Shown piece by piece: positions 15,863 to 24,606 of a stretch of 64,000 nt of DNA; position 1 is the first letter of the stretch, and every line of letters starts with the position of its first letter. The notes beneath the pieces were generated by a model. That model made no database searches. It was given only the letters and a program-made list of their open reading frames with translations, and was not told the DNA's origin. Source of the stretch: an uncultured Chloroflexia bacterium (lineage in GTDB: Bacteria; Chloroflexota; Anaerolineae; Fen-1058); NCBI GenBank assembly GCA_963844815.1, contig CAWJPR010000009.1, forward strand, positions 604,899-668,898, given 5' to 3'. The position numbers and the translations under genes are program-made.

Positions 15863-17002
15863 ATGTCGGAAGTACAGCCACAAATTCCAGAACAACCACA
15901 GACGCAAGAACAGCCACAAACACAGACGCCGGTTGAACCGGCGGTTCAGCCGCAGCCGAAACACGGCTTCAGCGGCAAGCAAGTTTTCGCGATCATTGCC
16001 GGCGTGCTCGTGCTGCTCGCCGTCGGCCTGGCGATTGGCGGCGCGATCGGTTATCGCCTGGGCACGACGGAAGGCGCGCAGCAGGCGCTGGCCAATCAAC
16101 CGGCGGCGCAGGCCCCGGCGCCCAATCAGCAAACGCCGCAGGATCAGCCAGCGCCGCGCGGTTTTAGCCTGCCGTTTGGTCAGCAATTGCCCGCCCTCAA
16201 TCCCGGCGGCCCCTATCTGGGCGTCACGTTCCAGATGATCACGCCGGAAATTGCGGCGCAAGAGGGTATCACCGGCACCACCGGCGCGCTGGTGCGGGAA
16301 GTGCCGGCCGGGGGACCGGCGGCGCAAGCCGGCCTGAAGCAGGGTGATGTCGTCATCGCCGTGAACGGCCAGGCGGTTGATGAGCAGAACGATCTGCGGG
16401 CGCGTGTCGCCAATTTCAAGCCGAATGACGAAATTACGCTCACCGTCGTGAAGGGCACCGCGAATGGCCCGGCCGATCAACGCGACGTCAAGGTCAAACT
16501 GGGCGAGCGCCCCGCCGAGCAGTCGTTCGAGTTCCAACTGCCGTTCGGCGAAAACGGCCTGCCGGAGCTGCCCTTTGGCGACAACGGCCAGCCGGCGCAA
16601 CCAGATACTGCGCCTGCGGCAAATGGCCCCTTCCTGGGCGTCGAATACGAACTGATCACAGCCGACGTTGCCGCGCGCGAAAACATCACCGGCACACAGG
16701 GCGCCTTGATCAAGACCGTGGTGGCCGACAGCCCTGCCGCGAAAGCGGGACTGAAAGCCGGCGATGTGATCAGCGCGGTTGACGGCAAAGCGATTGACGA
16801 GACGAACAACCTGCGCGCGATCGTGTCGAATCACAAGCCGGGCGATGAAATCACGCTGACGATCGTGAAGGGCACGGCTACCGGCCCGACCGGCCAGCAC
16901 GAAGTCAAGGTCACTCTGGCGGCGCGTCCCGCCCAGCGGCAATTCCAAATGCCGCCCGGTTTCCAGCCGGGTGTTCCCAGCCCAGATTCACGCGAGGGCT
17001 GA
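15863..17002 (+). CDS. Membrane-anchored protein with two PDZ domains and Pro/Gln-rich linkers (no protease domain)
   Basis: TM helix VFAIIAGVLVLLAVGLAIGGAIG. PDZ 1: YLGVTFQMITPEIAAQEGITGTTGALVREVPAGGPAAQAGLKQGDVVIAVNGQAV. PDZ 2: FLGVEYELITADVAARENITGTQGALIKTVVADSPAAKAGLKAGDVISAVDGKAI. Confidence 0.8.
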   Translation: MSEVQPQIPEQPQTQEQPQTQTPVEPAVQPQPKHGFSGKQVFAIIAGVLVLLAVGLAIGGAIGYRLGTTEGAQQALANQPAAQAPAPNQQTPQDQPAPRGFSLPFGQQLPALNPGGPYLGVTFQMITPEIAAQEGITGTTGALVREVPAGGPAAQAGLKQGDVVIAVNGQAVDEQNDLRARVANFKPNDEITLTVVKGTANGPADQRDVKVKLGERPAEQSFEFQLPFGENGLPELPFGDNGQPAQPDTAPAANGPFLGVEYELITADVAARENITGTQGALIKTVVADSPAAKAGLKAGDVISAVDGKAIDETNNLRAIVSNHKPGDEITLTIVKGTATGPTGQHEVKVTLAARPAQRQFQMPPGFQPGVPSPDSREG

Positions 17003-17025
17003 TCACATCCTTCCTCCACTCCAGG

Positions 17026-17056
17026 TCGCCCGACCTTAGCCAAGGTCGGGCGATTT
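17026..17056 (+). terminator. Hairpin TCGCCCGACC-loop-GGTCGGGCGA + TTT downstream of the PDZ gene (REP-like, copy 2)
   Basis: catccttcctccactccagGTCGCCCGACCttagccaaGGTCGGGCGAtttaag. Confidence 0.5.
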
Positions 17057-17335
17057 AAGTGCTCAAGTAAGTCTTGCGGAATCAGCGCCGCTCAACCGTC
17101 ACACCGCACTGCACGCAGTGGGTGCAAGTGTGCCCGAGTGCTTTCGCCTTGCCCGCCGCAATGCGGTCGTAGCGTAGCGAAGATGCGCGCTGGGCGTGTC
17201 GGGCATCCACTGGATTCCCGCCATGCCGTACCCAGGCCCCACCGGGGCCTGGCGGCACGCATGAGCGAAGCACGCGGGAATGACGATCCCGCAGACCTTT
17301 CTGGACTGCACTTAGATCGAGGGCAGAGTGCCGCG

Positions 17336-17344
17336 TGATATAAT
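17336..17344 (+). promoter_or_regulatory. Extended -10 element TGATATAAT
   Basis: A perfect TATAAT at 17339-17344 is preceded by TG at 17336-17337. It lies 79 nt upstream of the peptidase ATG. Confidence 0.4.
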
Positions 17345-17357
17345 CGCAGCGCTATCG

Positions 17358-17387
17358 CTTCCGAAGCCGATCCGCTTCGGAAGTTTT
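17358..17387 (+). terminator. Intrinsic-terminator-like hairpin CTTCCGAAGC-cgatcc-GCTTCGGAAG + TTTT
   Basis: A perfect 10-bp stem is followed by a T4 tract, located between the -10 element and the peptidase start codon at 17423. Confidence 0.55.
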
Positions 17388-17422
17388 GTGTAGCAGGAAT
17401 CATTCCGTAGGAGCTATGTGTC

Positions 17423-19460
17423 ATGAAATATTTCGCCCGCCTCTTGCCTGTCCTGGTTGTTGTGGCGCTCGCCCTGGGCGGCTGTCTCAATCCAGTCTCA
17501 GTGCTGACCGGTACACGCGCGACGCCCGCTGCCGACAGCGGGCGCGTGCGCGAATTGCCCGGCCCCACCACCCCGCCGAAATCCGATCAGCCTAACATCG
17601 CCGGCGCAGCCGATCGATACATCGGATCTGATCCGCGAGCCGGTGACTCCGGCCGATCAAACGAATGCGCAAATCATCGGCCAGACCGACATCCCGATCG
17701 GCGATCTGCGCGAACTCGCCATCCGCTTCAAGGGAGTGCCCGCCGACACGCCGCTGAAGAACTGCGCCGCCGCCCCCGTTTACAACGTCGGCGACGTCGA
17801 ACAGTTCGACGTCGTGAACGGCACGACGCTGGAAAATTTTATGGTGGATGCCACCCTGGTCGCCAAAACCGATCGGGCGTATATGTGGCTGGACAATCAC
17901 TGGCTCCAGCGTGTGAACCAGGACATCCTCACGCAAGCGCTGCAGCTCTTTAGCGAAAAAATCATCCCGCGCGATCGCGCCCTCTTTGGCCAGGAAGAAT
18001 CGCCCGGTATCGATTGCGATCCGCGCCTTCACATTCTCAACACGTCCAATACCGACGCGGGCGGCTACTTCTCCAGTGTCGATCAGGTAACAAAGCAGGT
18101 TCGCTCTGACTCCAACGAAAAGGACATGTTCTTCATTGACATTGAAGGCAGCGGCGGCCCGCGCGCGCTGGGCGGCAGCTACTACAACGGCACCATGGCG
18201 CACGAATTTCAGCACATGATCCTGAACAAACAAGACTCCAACGAAGACACCTGGATCAACGAAGGCATGTCGGAACTTGCGATGTTCCTCAACGGCTAGG
18301 ATTCCGCCGTCGACGCCGTGGCCGCGCAAATCCCGGACATCCAACTCAATTCATGGCCGGATGGCGGCACGGCCGAGGCCGACACCTATGGCACGGCCTT
18401 CTCGTTCATGTTGTACTTCTGGGAGCGTTACGGCGACACGGGCGTGCAGGCGTTGGCGGCCGAACCGATGCCAACGGCCTGGCCGGGATTCAGAAACACT
18501 GAACAAGATCGATCCCGGCAAGCAGGCGGATGATCTGGTGGCCGATTGGCTGGTCGCCCGCCTGCTGGACGATCCGTCGATCGACGCCGGCCGCTACGGC
18601 TACGGCCAATCCGATCGGGCCAGGGTGGAACCGCGCCAGACGATCGATCAGTATCCCTTCGGCGAGCAGGCCCGGATTCATCAATACGCCGGCGACTACA
18701 CCGAGCTGAGAGGCGGCCGTGACCTCACGATCGATTTTGCCGGTTCCACGAAAGCGCAGTTGATCGACGCGCAGCCGCACAGCGGCAAGTATTTCATGTG
18801 GAGCAATCGCGCCGACACGGCCGATTTGCGCCTGCAGCGTGAATTCGATCTGAGTGGTGTCAAGAATGCCACGCTGAAATACTGGGCATGGTACGACCTG
18901 GAAAAAGACTGGGACTATGCCTACTCAGCGTATCCGAGGATGGCGGCCAGACGTGGAAATTGCTGAAGGCGCCGTCGATGACGGACAGCAATCCGACGAA
19001 CGCCAATTACGGTTGGGGCTATACCGGCAAATCGGGCGGAGGCGATCGGGCGGAGTGGATTCAGGAGAACATCGATTTAACGCCGTATGCCGGAAAGAAA
19101 ATCGTCGTCGCCTTCGACGTGATCAACGATATGGCCGTGAATCGCCCGGGCCTGGCGGTCGACGATGTGGAAGTTCCGGAGATCAACTATCACACGGATT
19201 TCGAGCAGGACGATGGCGGCTGGCAGTCCGCCGGCTGGATTCACACGAACAATTTTGTGCCGCAAAAGTACGTGGTGCAGCTGGTCAGCTTCGGCCAGGA
19301 TGGTCAGGTGCAGGTGTCACGCTTGCCCGTGAATGAGGACAATACCGCGCGCTGGGACGTTCCGCTGAGCCGACTGGAGAAAGCGATTGTCGTGGTCAGC
19401 CCCATGGCGTCCAAGACCACCGAGGTGGCGCGCTACAGTTGGGCGGCGCAAGAGAAGTGA
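17423..19460 (+). pseudogene. Secreted lipoprotein zinc metallopeptidase (HExxH...NEGxSE, immune-inhibitor-A/M6-like C-terminal region), multiply disrupted
   Basis: Lipobox LALGGC at the N-terminus. Catalytic region TMAHEFQHMILNKQDSNEDTWINEGMSELAMFLNG. C-terminal WDYAY..VSEDGGQTWKLL and AVDDVEVPEINY. The text must be read from ORFs 17423, 17643, 18318, 18277 and 18888, giving at least 4 frame changes. There is also an in-frame TAG at 18297-18299. Confidence 0.7.
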
Positions 19461-19548
19461 TCGAGATCATTCTGATCGGGATAAATGAAAACCGGGGGGC
19501 AGGTGATCGTCTCCCGGTTCTTCATGAATAGATGTTACATCAAGCATT

Positions 19549-19607
19549 CTGAGCGGAACGCAGTGAAGTCGAAGAATGCGCCTTCGACTGCGCTTCGCTC
19601 CGCTCAG
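19549..19607. repeat. Imperfect 26-bp inverted repeat between convergent genes
   Basis: ctgagcggaacgcagtgaagtcgaag / cttcgactgcgcttcgctccgctcag, followed by gcgaagcg pairing and a T6 run at 19623-19628. Confidence 0.4.
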
Positions 19608-19626
19608 GCTGCGCGAAGCGACTTTT

Positions 19627-19860
19627 TTAATCCTTGGGGAAGATCTGCACTTCGCCGCGCTTCATCGCTTCGTACTCGTTAATGAGTTGCTGCTTGCGCT
19701 GGTCGGCAGCTGTGCGCCCGGCCTCCCGCGCATCTTGATAGCGCTGCCGCGCCTGACCGCGCAGGCTCTCGCCGCTTTGCGGTGTCATCAACAGGGCCGC
19801 TGCCCCGCCCAGGATTGCCCCGGCGATCACACCACCCATAAAGACCAAGACTTTGCCCAT
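19627..19860 (-). CDS. YtxH-like small membrane/stress protein
   Basis: 77 aa: MGKVLVFMGGVIAGAILGGAAALLMTPQSGESLRGQARQRYQDAREAG. A Gly-rich N-terminal helix followed by a charged helix is typical of YtxH. Confidence 0.7.
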   Translation of the reverse strand: MGKVLVFMGGVIAGAILGGAAALLMTPQSGESLRGQARQRYQDAREAGRTAADQRKQQLINEYEAMKRGEVQIFPKD

Positions 19861-19981
19861 CGGTTTGTCTCCTGCTAGAATGTGTACAACGATTATACAC
19901 CGATCTAATGCGCAACGAGTAATGCGTCAAGCGTAACATACCCGGTGCCGTCTCCCCGCTCAGAGCGGCTTAAGGAGGATC

Positions 19982-21082
19982 ATGACTCAACAACGTATTG
20001 CCCAACTGCTGCAGCTCGCCGCGGAGTCCCGGCTGGACGCCATGGCGATCATGCCCGGTCCGAACATGCAGTATTTCACCGGCTTGCACTTTCACCTCTC
20101 CGAACGGCCCACGCTGGCGATCTTCCCGGTCGCCGGGCAGCCGGCCTTGATCTGCCCGGCCTTTGAGGCGACCAAGACGCAGCGCAGTCCGATCGCCTGG
20201 CAGTTGTTCACCTATGTCGATGGGCAGGATCCGGCGGAGGTTTTTCACGCCGCGTGCCATGCGCTGCAGCTCGATCAGAAACGGCTGGGCCTTGAGGCGT
20301 ATAAGATGCGCGTGCTGGAACTGCGCCTGCTGGAGAAAGCGGCCCAGGCGCTGGCGTGCGAGCCTGCCGATGCGCTCGTCGCGCAGCTGCGCCTGATCAA
20401 GGATGCGGACGAAATCGCCGCGATGCGCCGCGCCGTTCAAATCGCCGAGCAGGCGCTGGACGATGTGATCGATGCCGTGCGCGTCGGCCTGACAGAACGC
20501 CAGATCGCGAACCTGCTCACGCAGGCGCTGCTCCAGCGCGGCGCGGAGGGACTGGCCTTTGACCCCTTAATCCAGTCCGGACCGAACACGGCGCTGCCGC
20601 ATGCCACCGCCGGGGAGCGGGTCGTCCAATCAGGCGACGCGCTGCTGCTCGACTTCGGCGTCACCGTCGCCGGTTACAACAGCGACATCACGCGCACGTT
20701 TGGGGTGGGACAGACTACCGCGGAGTTCAAGAAGATCTACGAGTTGGTAAAGCAGGCCAATCTTGCCGGCCGCGCGGCAGCCAGGCCGGGTGTAAGCGGG
20801 CAAGATGTCGATCGGGCGGCGCGGAAGGTGATTGCCGATAGCGGATACGGACCATACTTCACGCACCGCACCGGGCACGGTCTGGGACTGGAAGGGCACG
20901 AGCCGCCCTACATGGTCGAGGGCAATACCGTTCCCCTGGAACCGGGCAACACCTTCACGATCGAGCCTGGCATCTACGTGCCGGAACTCGGCGGCGTGCG
21001 GATTGAAGACGATATGCTGATTACCGAGAATGGCGCGGAGAGTCTGACCACGGCCGATCGGGAGTTGAGGGTAATCGGTTAA
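19982..21082 (+). CDS. Xaa-Pro aminopeptidase/dipeptidase, peptidase family M24
   Basis: GDALLLDFGVTVAGYNSDITRTF...HRTGHGLGLEGHEPPYM...GNTFTIEPGIYVPELGGVRIEDDMLIT. AAGGAGGA RBS. Confidence 0.9.
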   Translation: MTQQRIAQLLQLAAESRLDAMAIMPGPNMQYFTGLHFHLSERPTLAIFPVAGQPALICPAFEATKTQRSPIAWQLFTYVDGQDPAEVFHAACHALQLDQKRLGLEAYKMRVLELRLLEKAAQALACEPADALVAQLRLIKDADEIAAMRRAVQIAEQALDDVIDAVRVGLTERQIANLLTQALLQRGAEGLAFDPLIQSGPNTALPHATAGERVVQSGDALLLDFGVTVAGYNSDITRTFGVGQTTAEFKKIYELVKQANLAGRAAARPGVSGQDVDRAARKVIADSGYGPYFTHRTGHGLGLEGHEPPYMVEGNTVPLEPGNTFTIEPGIYVPELGGVRIEDDMLITENGAESLTTADRELRVIG

Positions 21083-21220
21083 TCGCCGGCATGCCAAATC
21101 TTGTGTAAATTCGTTCGCCCGCAGTTAAACTGCGGGGAAACTACACAATCTTCGGCACACTGCCAGTTAATCAGTGGTCAATTGAACAGGGATCGGGAAG
21201 CCTGTGGCAGGAAAAGAATC

Positions 21221-21249
21221 AGGGGCGGCAATCATGGATTGCCGCCCCT
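21221..21249. terminator. 13-bp perfect hairpin AGGGGCGGCAATC-atg-GATTGCCGCCCCT between convergent genes
   Basis: Seen directly; located 36 nt downstream of the stop of the minus-strand oxoamine synthase. Confidence 0.5.
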
Positions 21250-21284
21250 GACTAACTGATCCCTGATCCCCGCTTAACTGATCT

Positions 21285-22517
21285 CTACCCAATCGCCGCG
21301 AGTTCGGGTTCGGCGTCTACCGCAGCGCCGAACAGATCAAGTTCCTTGCCCACCTGATAGAATGTTTCCAGCACGAAGTCCAACTGCGCGTCCGTGTGCG
21401 TCGCCATATACGACGTGCGCAGCAGGCTCTTGCTGGGCGGCACGGCGGGCGGAAAGACCGCGTTGGTGTACAGGCCGGCTTCAAACAACATCTTCCACGC
21501 CACCTGCGTCTTGAGCTCGTCGCCGATGATAATCGGGATCACCGGCGTCTGGCTGGGCCCGATGTTGAAGCCCATCGAGCGATAGCCTTCGTGCATCTTG
21601 CGCGTGATTTGCCACAGCCGCTCGATGCGCTCGGGCTCGCTCTGCATGATCTCCATCGCCGCCAGCGCCGCCGCCAATTGCGAGGGCGTAATCGACGCGG
21701 AGAACATGAAAGAGCGCGCGCCGTGCTTGACCCATTCCATAATGTCGGCGTCCCCAGCCACAAAGCCGCCAATCGAGGCGAAGGACTTGCTGAACGTCCC
21801 CATGATCATATCCACATCGTCGGTCAGACCGAAGTGCGCCGCCGTGCCGCGCCCCTGCGGGCCCAGCACGCCCAGCGAGTGCGCATCGTCCACATACAGC
21901 CGCGCGCCGCACCGCTTGCATAGGCTGACGATTTCCGGCAAGGGCGCGATGTCGCCGCCCATGCTGTACACGCCGTCGACGATGACGAGAACCCCGGACG
22001 TCGCCGGAATGGCTTTAAGTTGGCGATCCAGCGATGACAGATCGTTGTGGATGAAGCGCACCATCCTGCCGAAGCCCAGGCGGCACGCGTCGACGATGCT
22101 GGCGTGATCATCTTTGTCGATCACCACCACATCATCGCGGCCCACCACGGCCGAAATGGCGCCCAGATTGGTCTGCATGCCGGTGGAGAACACGAGCGCG
22201 GCTTCCTTGCCCACAAACGCCGCGAATTTCTCTTCGGCCTCCAGGTGCATCTTCAACGTCCCATTCAGAAAGCGCGAGCCGGTGCACGACGGGCCATATT
22301 GCTTGATCGCCGCAATGGCGGCTTCGCGCACTTTGGGATGGGTGGTCAGGCCCAGGTAGTTGTTGGAGCCGATCATGACGATCTTGCGCCCCTCCATCGT
22401 TACCTCGGTGCCCTCGGAATCTTCCAACGGCAGAAAATAGGGATACAGCCCCATCTCCTTGGCGGCCTTGACCCGTACCATGTTCTCGTCATTCGCAATC
22501 TTCGCAAAGATATCCAT
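21285..22517 (-). CDS. PLP-dependent alpha-oxoamine synthase, serine-palmitoyltransferase-like
   Basis: GSNNYLGLTTHPKV...GSRFLNGTLKMHLEAEEKFAAFVGKEAALVFSTGMQTN...VIVDGVYSMGGDIAPL...DDAHSLG...GTFSKSFASIGGF (PLP Lys). It is distinct from the kbl copy at 42161. Confidence 0.85.
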   Translation of the reverse strand: MDIFAKIANDENMVRVKAAKEMGLYPYFLPLEDSEGTEVTMEGRKIVMIGSNNYLGLTTHPKVREAAIAAIKQYGPSCTGSRFLNGTLKMHLEAEEKFAAFVGKEAALVFSTGMQTNLGAISAVVGRDDVVVIDKDDHASIVDACRLGFGRMVRFIHNDLSSLDRQLKAIPATSGVLVIVDGVYSMGGDIAPLPEIVSLCKRCGARLYVDDAHSLGVLGPQGRGTAAHFGLTDDVDMIMGTFSKSFASIGGFVAGDADIMEWVKHGARSFMFSASITPSQLAAALAAMEIMQSEPERIERLWQITRKMHEGYRSMGFNIGPSQTPVIPIIIGDELKTQVAWKMLFEAGLYTNAVFPPAVPPSKSLLRTSYMATHTDAQLDFVLETFYQVGKELDLFGAAVDAEPELAAIG

Positions 22518-22659
22518 GGCTCGACTCCTGTGTGTTAAGGATGGCCGGGCAACCGCGGCCGCCCGACAGGCTGACTGCGCGGGACAAAAATTTCTTGACA
22601 GTGCGGTTGATTCTAGACCCGTTTTCCAGATCGGTCAAGCCGCGGGGGACAGAATTATC

Positions 22660-22688
22660 TTGACATTTCAGGTTGATAGGTTTATCCT
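22660..22688 (+). promoter_or_regulatory. Sigma-70-like promoter TTGACA-17 nt-TATCCT upstream of the HTH gene
   Basis: TTGACA at 22660-22665 and TATCCT at 22683-22688. The block tcTTGACAnnnnnGGTTGAT also occurs once more at 22593-22611. Confidence 0.4.
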
Positions 22689-22712
22689 GTTACCGACACC
22701 AGGAGGATAACC

Positions 22713-23195
22713 ATGGGGCTCATCCGGCTCGCCAAGCGCTCGCGCGATCGGCTGATGCGCATGGCGCGTTCACCGTCCAATACGCGCCACGCCAAACGCG
22801 CCAAAGCGCTGCTCGGTCTGCACCACGGCAAGAGCGTGCAGCAGGTGGCCGACGAAACCGGCCTCAGCCGCCAGGCCGTGTACAATCTGCAGAAGCGCTT
22901 TTTGGAACGGCGCGATCAACGCGCGCACGAACGCGTGCAGGATGCCCAGCATACCGGCCGCCCGCCCAAGAAGCAGCGCATGGTGATCCGGGTCATCAAC
23001 AAACTGCTGCGCCGCAAGCCGCGCCAGTATGGCTACGAAGCCGAAGAATGGACCGTCGCGATGCTGCACGAGCAGGTCGAGAAAGAGACCGGCACCAGTG
23101 TCAGCCGCCGCACGATTCGGCGCGCGCTGAACGTGCTGAATCCGCGCCGCCGGAAATCGTCCAAGGACAAACTCAAAGACAACCCCGCAGCGTGA
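22713..23195 (+). CDS. IS630-family transposase N-terminal HTH/winged-helix region only (no DDE domain); remnant or domesticated regulator
   Basis: RHAKRAKALLGLHHGKSVQQVADETGLSRQAVYNLQKRF...GRPPKKQRMVIRVINKLL...WTVAMLHEQVEKETGTSVSRRTIRRALNVLN. It then terminates where the DDE_3 catalytic domain would begin. Confidence 0.65.
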   Translation: MGLIRLAKRSRDRLMRMARSPSNTRHAKRAKALLGLHHGKSVQQVADETGLSRQAVYNLQKRFLERRDQRAHERVQDAQHTGRPPKKQRMVIRVINKLLRRKPRQYGYEAEEWTVAMLHEQVEKETGTSVSRRTIRRALNVLNPRRRKSSKDKLKDNPAA

Positions 23196-23213
23196 TTCGC
23201 AACGGAGGTGGGC

Positions 23214-23471
23214 ATGTCGGAACAAGCGGTTCAACACGCGCTGGACGTTAAACGCCGTCACGAAAGCGAACTGCTGCGCAAGCCGAATGTGGTCGCCGTG
23301 GGAGTGGGCTTTCGCACCCACGGCGGACAGTCCACCTCGGAGGTATGCATCATCGTCTCAGTCACTCGCAAAATTCCAGCGGCAGATTTGAAGCACCATG
23401 AGGCTCTGCCCAGGGCGCTGGAAGGTGTGCCGATCGATGTGATTGAAACCGGCGTCATCCGGGCCTGGTAG
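23214..23471 (+). CDS. Truncated paralogue of the N-terminal domain of the adjacent S1 protease
   Basis: AVQHALDVKRRHESELLRKPNVVAVGVGFRTHGGQSTSEVCIIVSVTRKIPAADL...GVPIDVIETGVIRAW aligns with AVQEVKRLYEEQLMGLSNVVAAGVGYKIAGDTLTDEVSIVVSVTKKLPLAQL...GMKTDVIETGPIVAF of the next gene. No catalytic domain follows. Confidence 0.5.
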   Translation: MSEQAVQHALDVKRRHESELLRKPNVVAVGVGFRTHGGQSTSEVCIIVSVTRKIPAADLKHHEALPRALEGVPIDVIETGVIRAW

Positions 23472-23589
23472 GCGCACCACACTGCCCCACAGGGGCCGAT
23501 GGGCACGCACGAAGTCCCCGCAGCACACCTGGCGGCCCACCAACGCAAAGCGTCGGGATGGGCAAGCGGAGCGGGAAGGGGAGGCTGTC

Positions 23590-24603
23590 ATGGACGCATT
23601 CGGTCAGATACTGCTGGCGGTGCAGGAAGTGAAGCGGCTGTATGAAGAGCAGTTAATGGGACTCAGCAACGTCGTCGCCGCCGGCGTCGGTTATAAGATC
23701 GCTGGCGACACGCTCACCGACGAAGTTTCCATTGTCGTTTCGGTGACTAAGAAACTCCCGCTGGCGCAGCTAACCGAATCGACCGCCGTGCCCCCGGCGA
23801 TTAACGGGATGAAAACTGACGTGATCGAAACCGGGCCCATCGTGGCGTTTCAGGATCCCCAACAGCGCCTGCGCCCGGCACCCCCCGGCTGCAGTGTTGG
23901 ACATTACCTGATCACTTCGGGTACGCTGGGCTGCCTGGTCACACGGGATGATCAGGTCTACATCTTGAGCAACAATCACGTGCTGGCCAATTCCAACGCT
24001 GCACAGCCGGGCGATCCGATCTGGCAGCCGGGCAAGTATGATGGCGGGAGCAGCGCCGATCAAATTGCCACGTTGGAGCAATTCATCCCGATCGGCTTTT
24101 CCGGCGACACCCCGCCGCCGCCCGCGCCAGGCGGATGTTCACCGCTGGCCTCGCTGCTGGAATACTTCCAATCCCAGCCGGCGCAGGCTCCCGAAATCCA
24201 GATCAACGAACCGGGCAACAATACGGTGGACTGCGCCTTAGCGAAACCGTTGTCGCCCGATCTGGTCTCGCCGGATATTCTCAATATCGGCGTGCCGAGC
24301 GGCGTGGGCGCGGCCACGCTGGGCACGCCGCTGCAAAAGACGGGCCGCACCACGGGTCACACCACGGGACAGATTACCCAGCTGGATGTCACCGTCTCGA
24401 TCGATTACGGCGGCAGGCTGGCCACGTTCCGCAATCAGTTGATGGCCGGCGCGATGAGCCAGGGCGGCGATTCCGGCTCGGTCGTGCTGGATATGAACAA
24501 GCGTGCGGTGGGCCTGCTGTTTGCCGGCTCCAACACCGCCACCGTCATGAATCCCCTGCCGCTCGTGCTGGACGCGCTGCAGGTGCAATTGGTCACCGCT
24601 TGA
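23590..24603 (+). CDS. Chymotrypsin-fold (S1, alpha-lytic-like) serine protease with N-terminal pro-like domain
   Basis: ATG at 23590. SGTLGCLVTRDDQVYILSNNHVLAN (His), TVDCALAK (Asp), MSQGGDSGSVVLD (Ser), GLLFAGS. Confidence 0.75.
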   Translation: MDAFGQILLAVQEVKRLYEEQLMGLSNVVAAGVGYKIAGDTLTDEVSIVVSVTKKLPLAQLTESTAVPPAINGMKTDVIETGPIVAFQDPQQRLRPAPPGCSVGHYLITSGTLGCLVTRDDQVYILSNNHVLANSNAAQPGDPIWQPGKYDGGSSADQIATLEQFIPIGFSGDTPPPPAPGGCSPLASLLEYFQSQPAQAPEIQINEPGNNTVDCALAKPLSPDLVSPDILNIGVPSGVGAATLGTPLQKTGRTTGHTTGQITQLDVTVSIDYGGRLATFRNQLMAGAMSQGGDSGSVVLDMNKRAVGLLFAGSNTATVMNPLPLVLDALQVQLVTA

Positions 24604-24606
24604 TGC

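Noticed and set aside
17082-17273. 63-aa minus-strand ORF ending HTCTHCVQCGVTVERR (zinc-finger-like).
   Set aside because: It has no RBS or promoter context and an Arg/Gly/Pro-rich body typical of GC-driven spurious ORFs. A single CxxCxxC is insufficient.
17060-17335. Riboswitch or known structured RNA (cobalamin, ZTP, c-di-GMP, RNase P, SRP, tmRNA and 6S were considered on both strands).
   Set aside because: No conserved core sequences could be matched by eye (e.g. B12 box, GGAAAGTCCGG, SRP GGAA loop context). The best -10 element lies downstream of most of the region. It is kept only as an unclassified spacer in the findings.
22713-23195. Intact IS630-family insertion sequence.
   Set aside because: Only the HTH/winged-helix N-terminus is present. 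There is no DDE domain, and I could find no terminal inverted repeats or TA target duplication.
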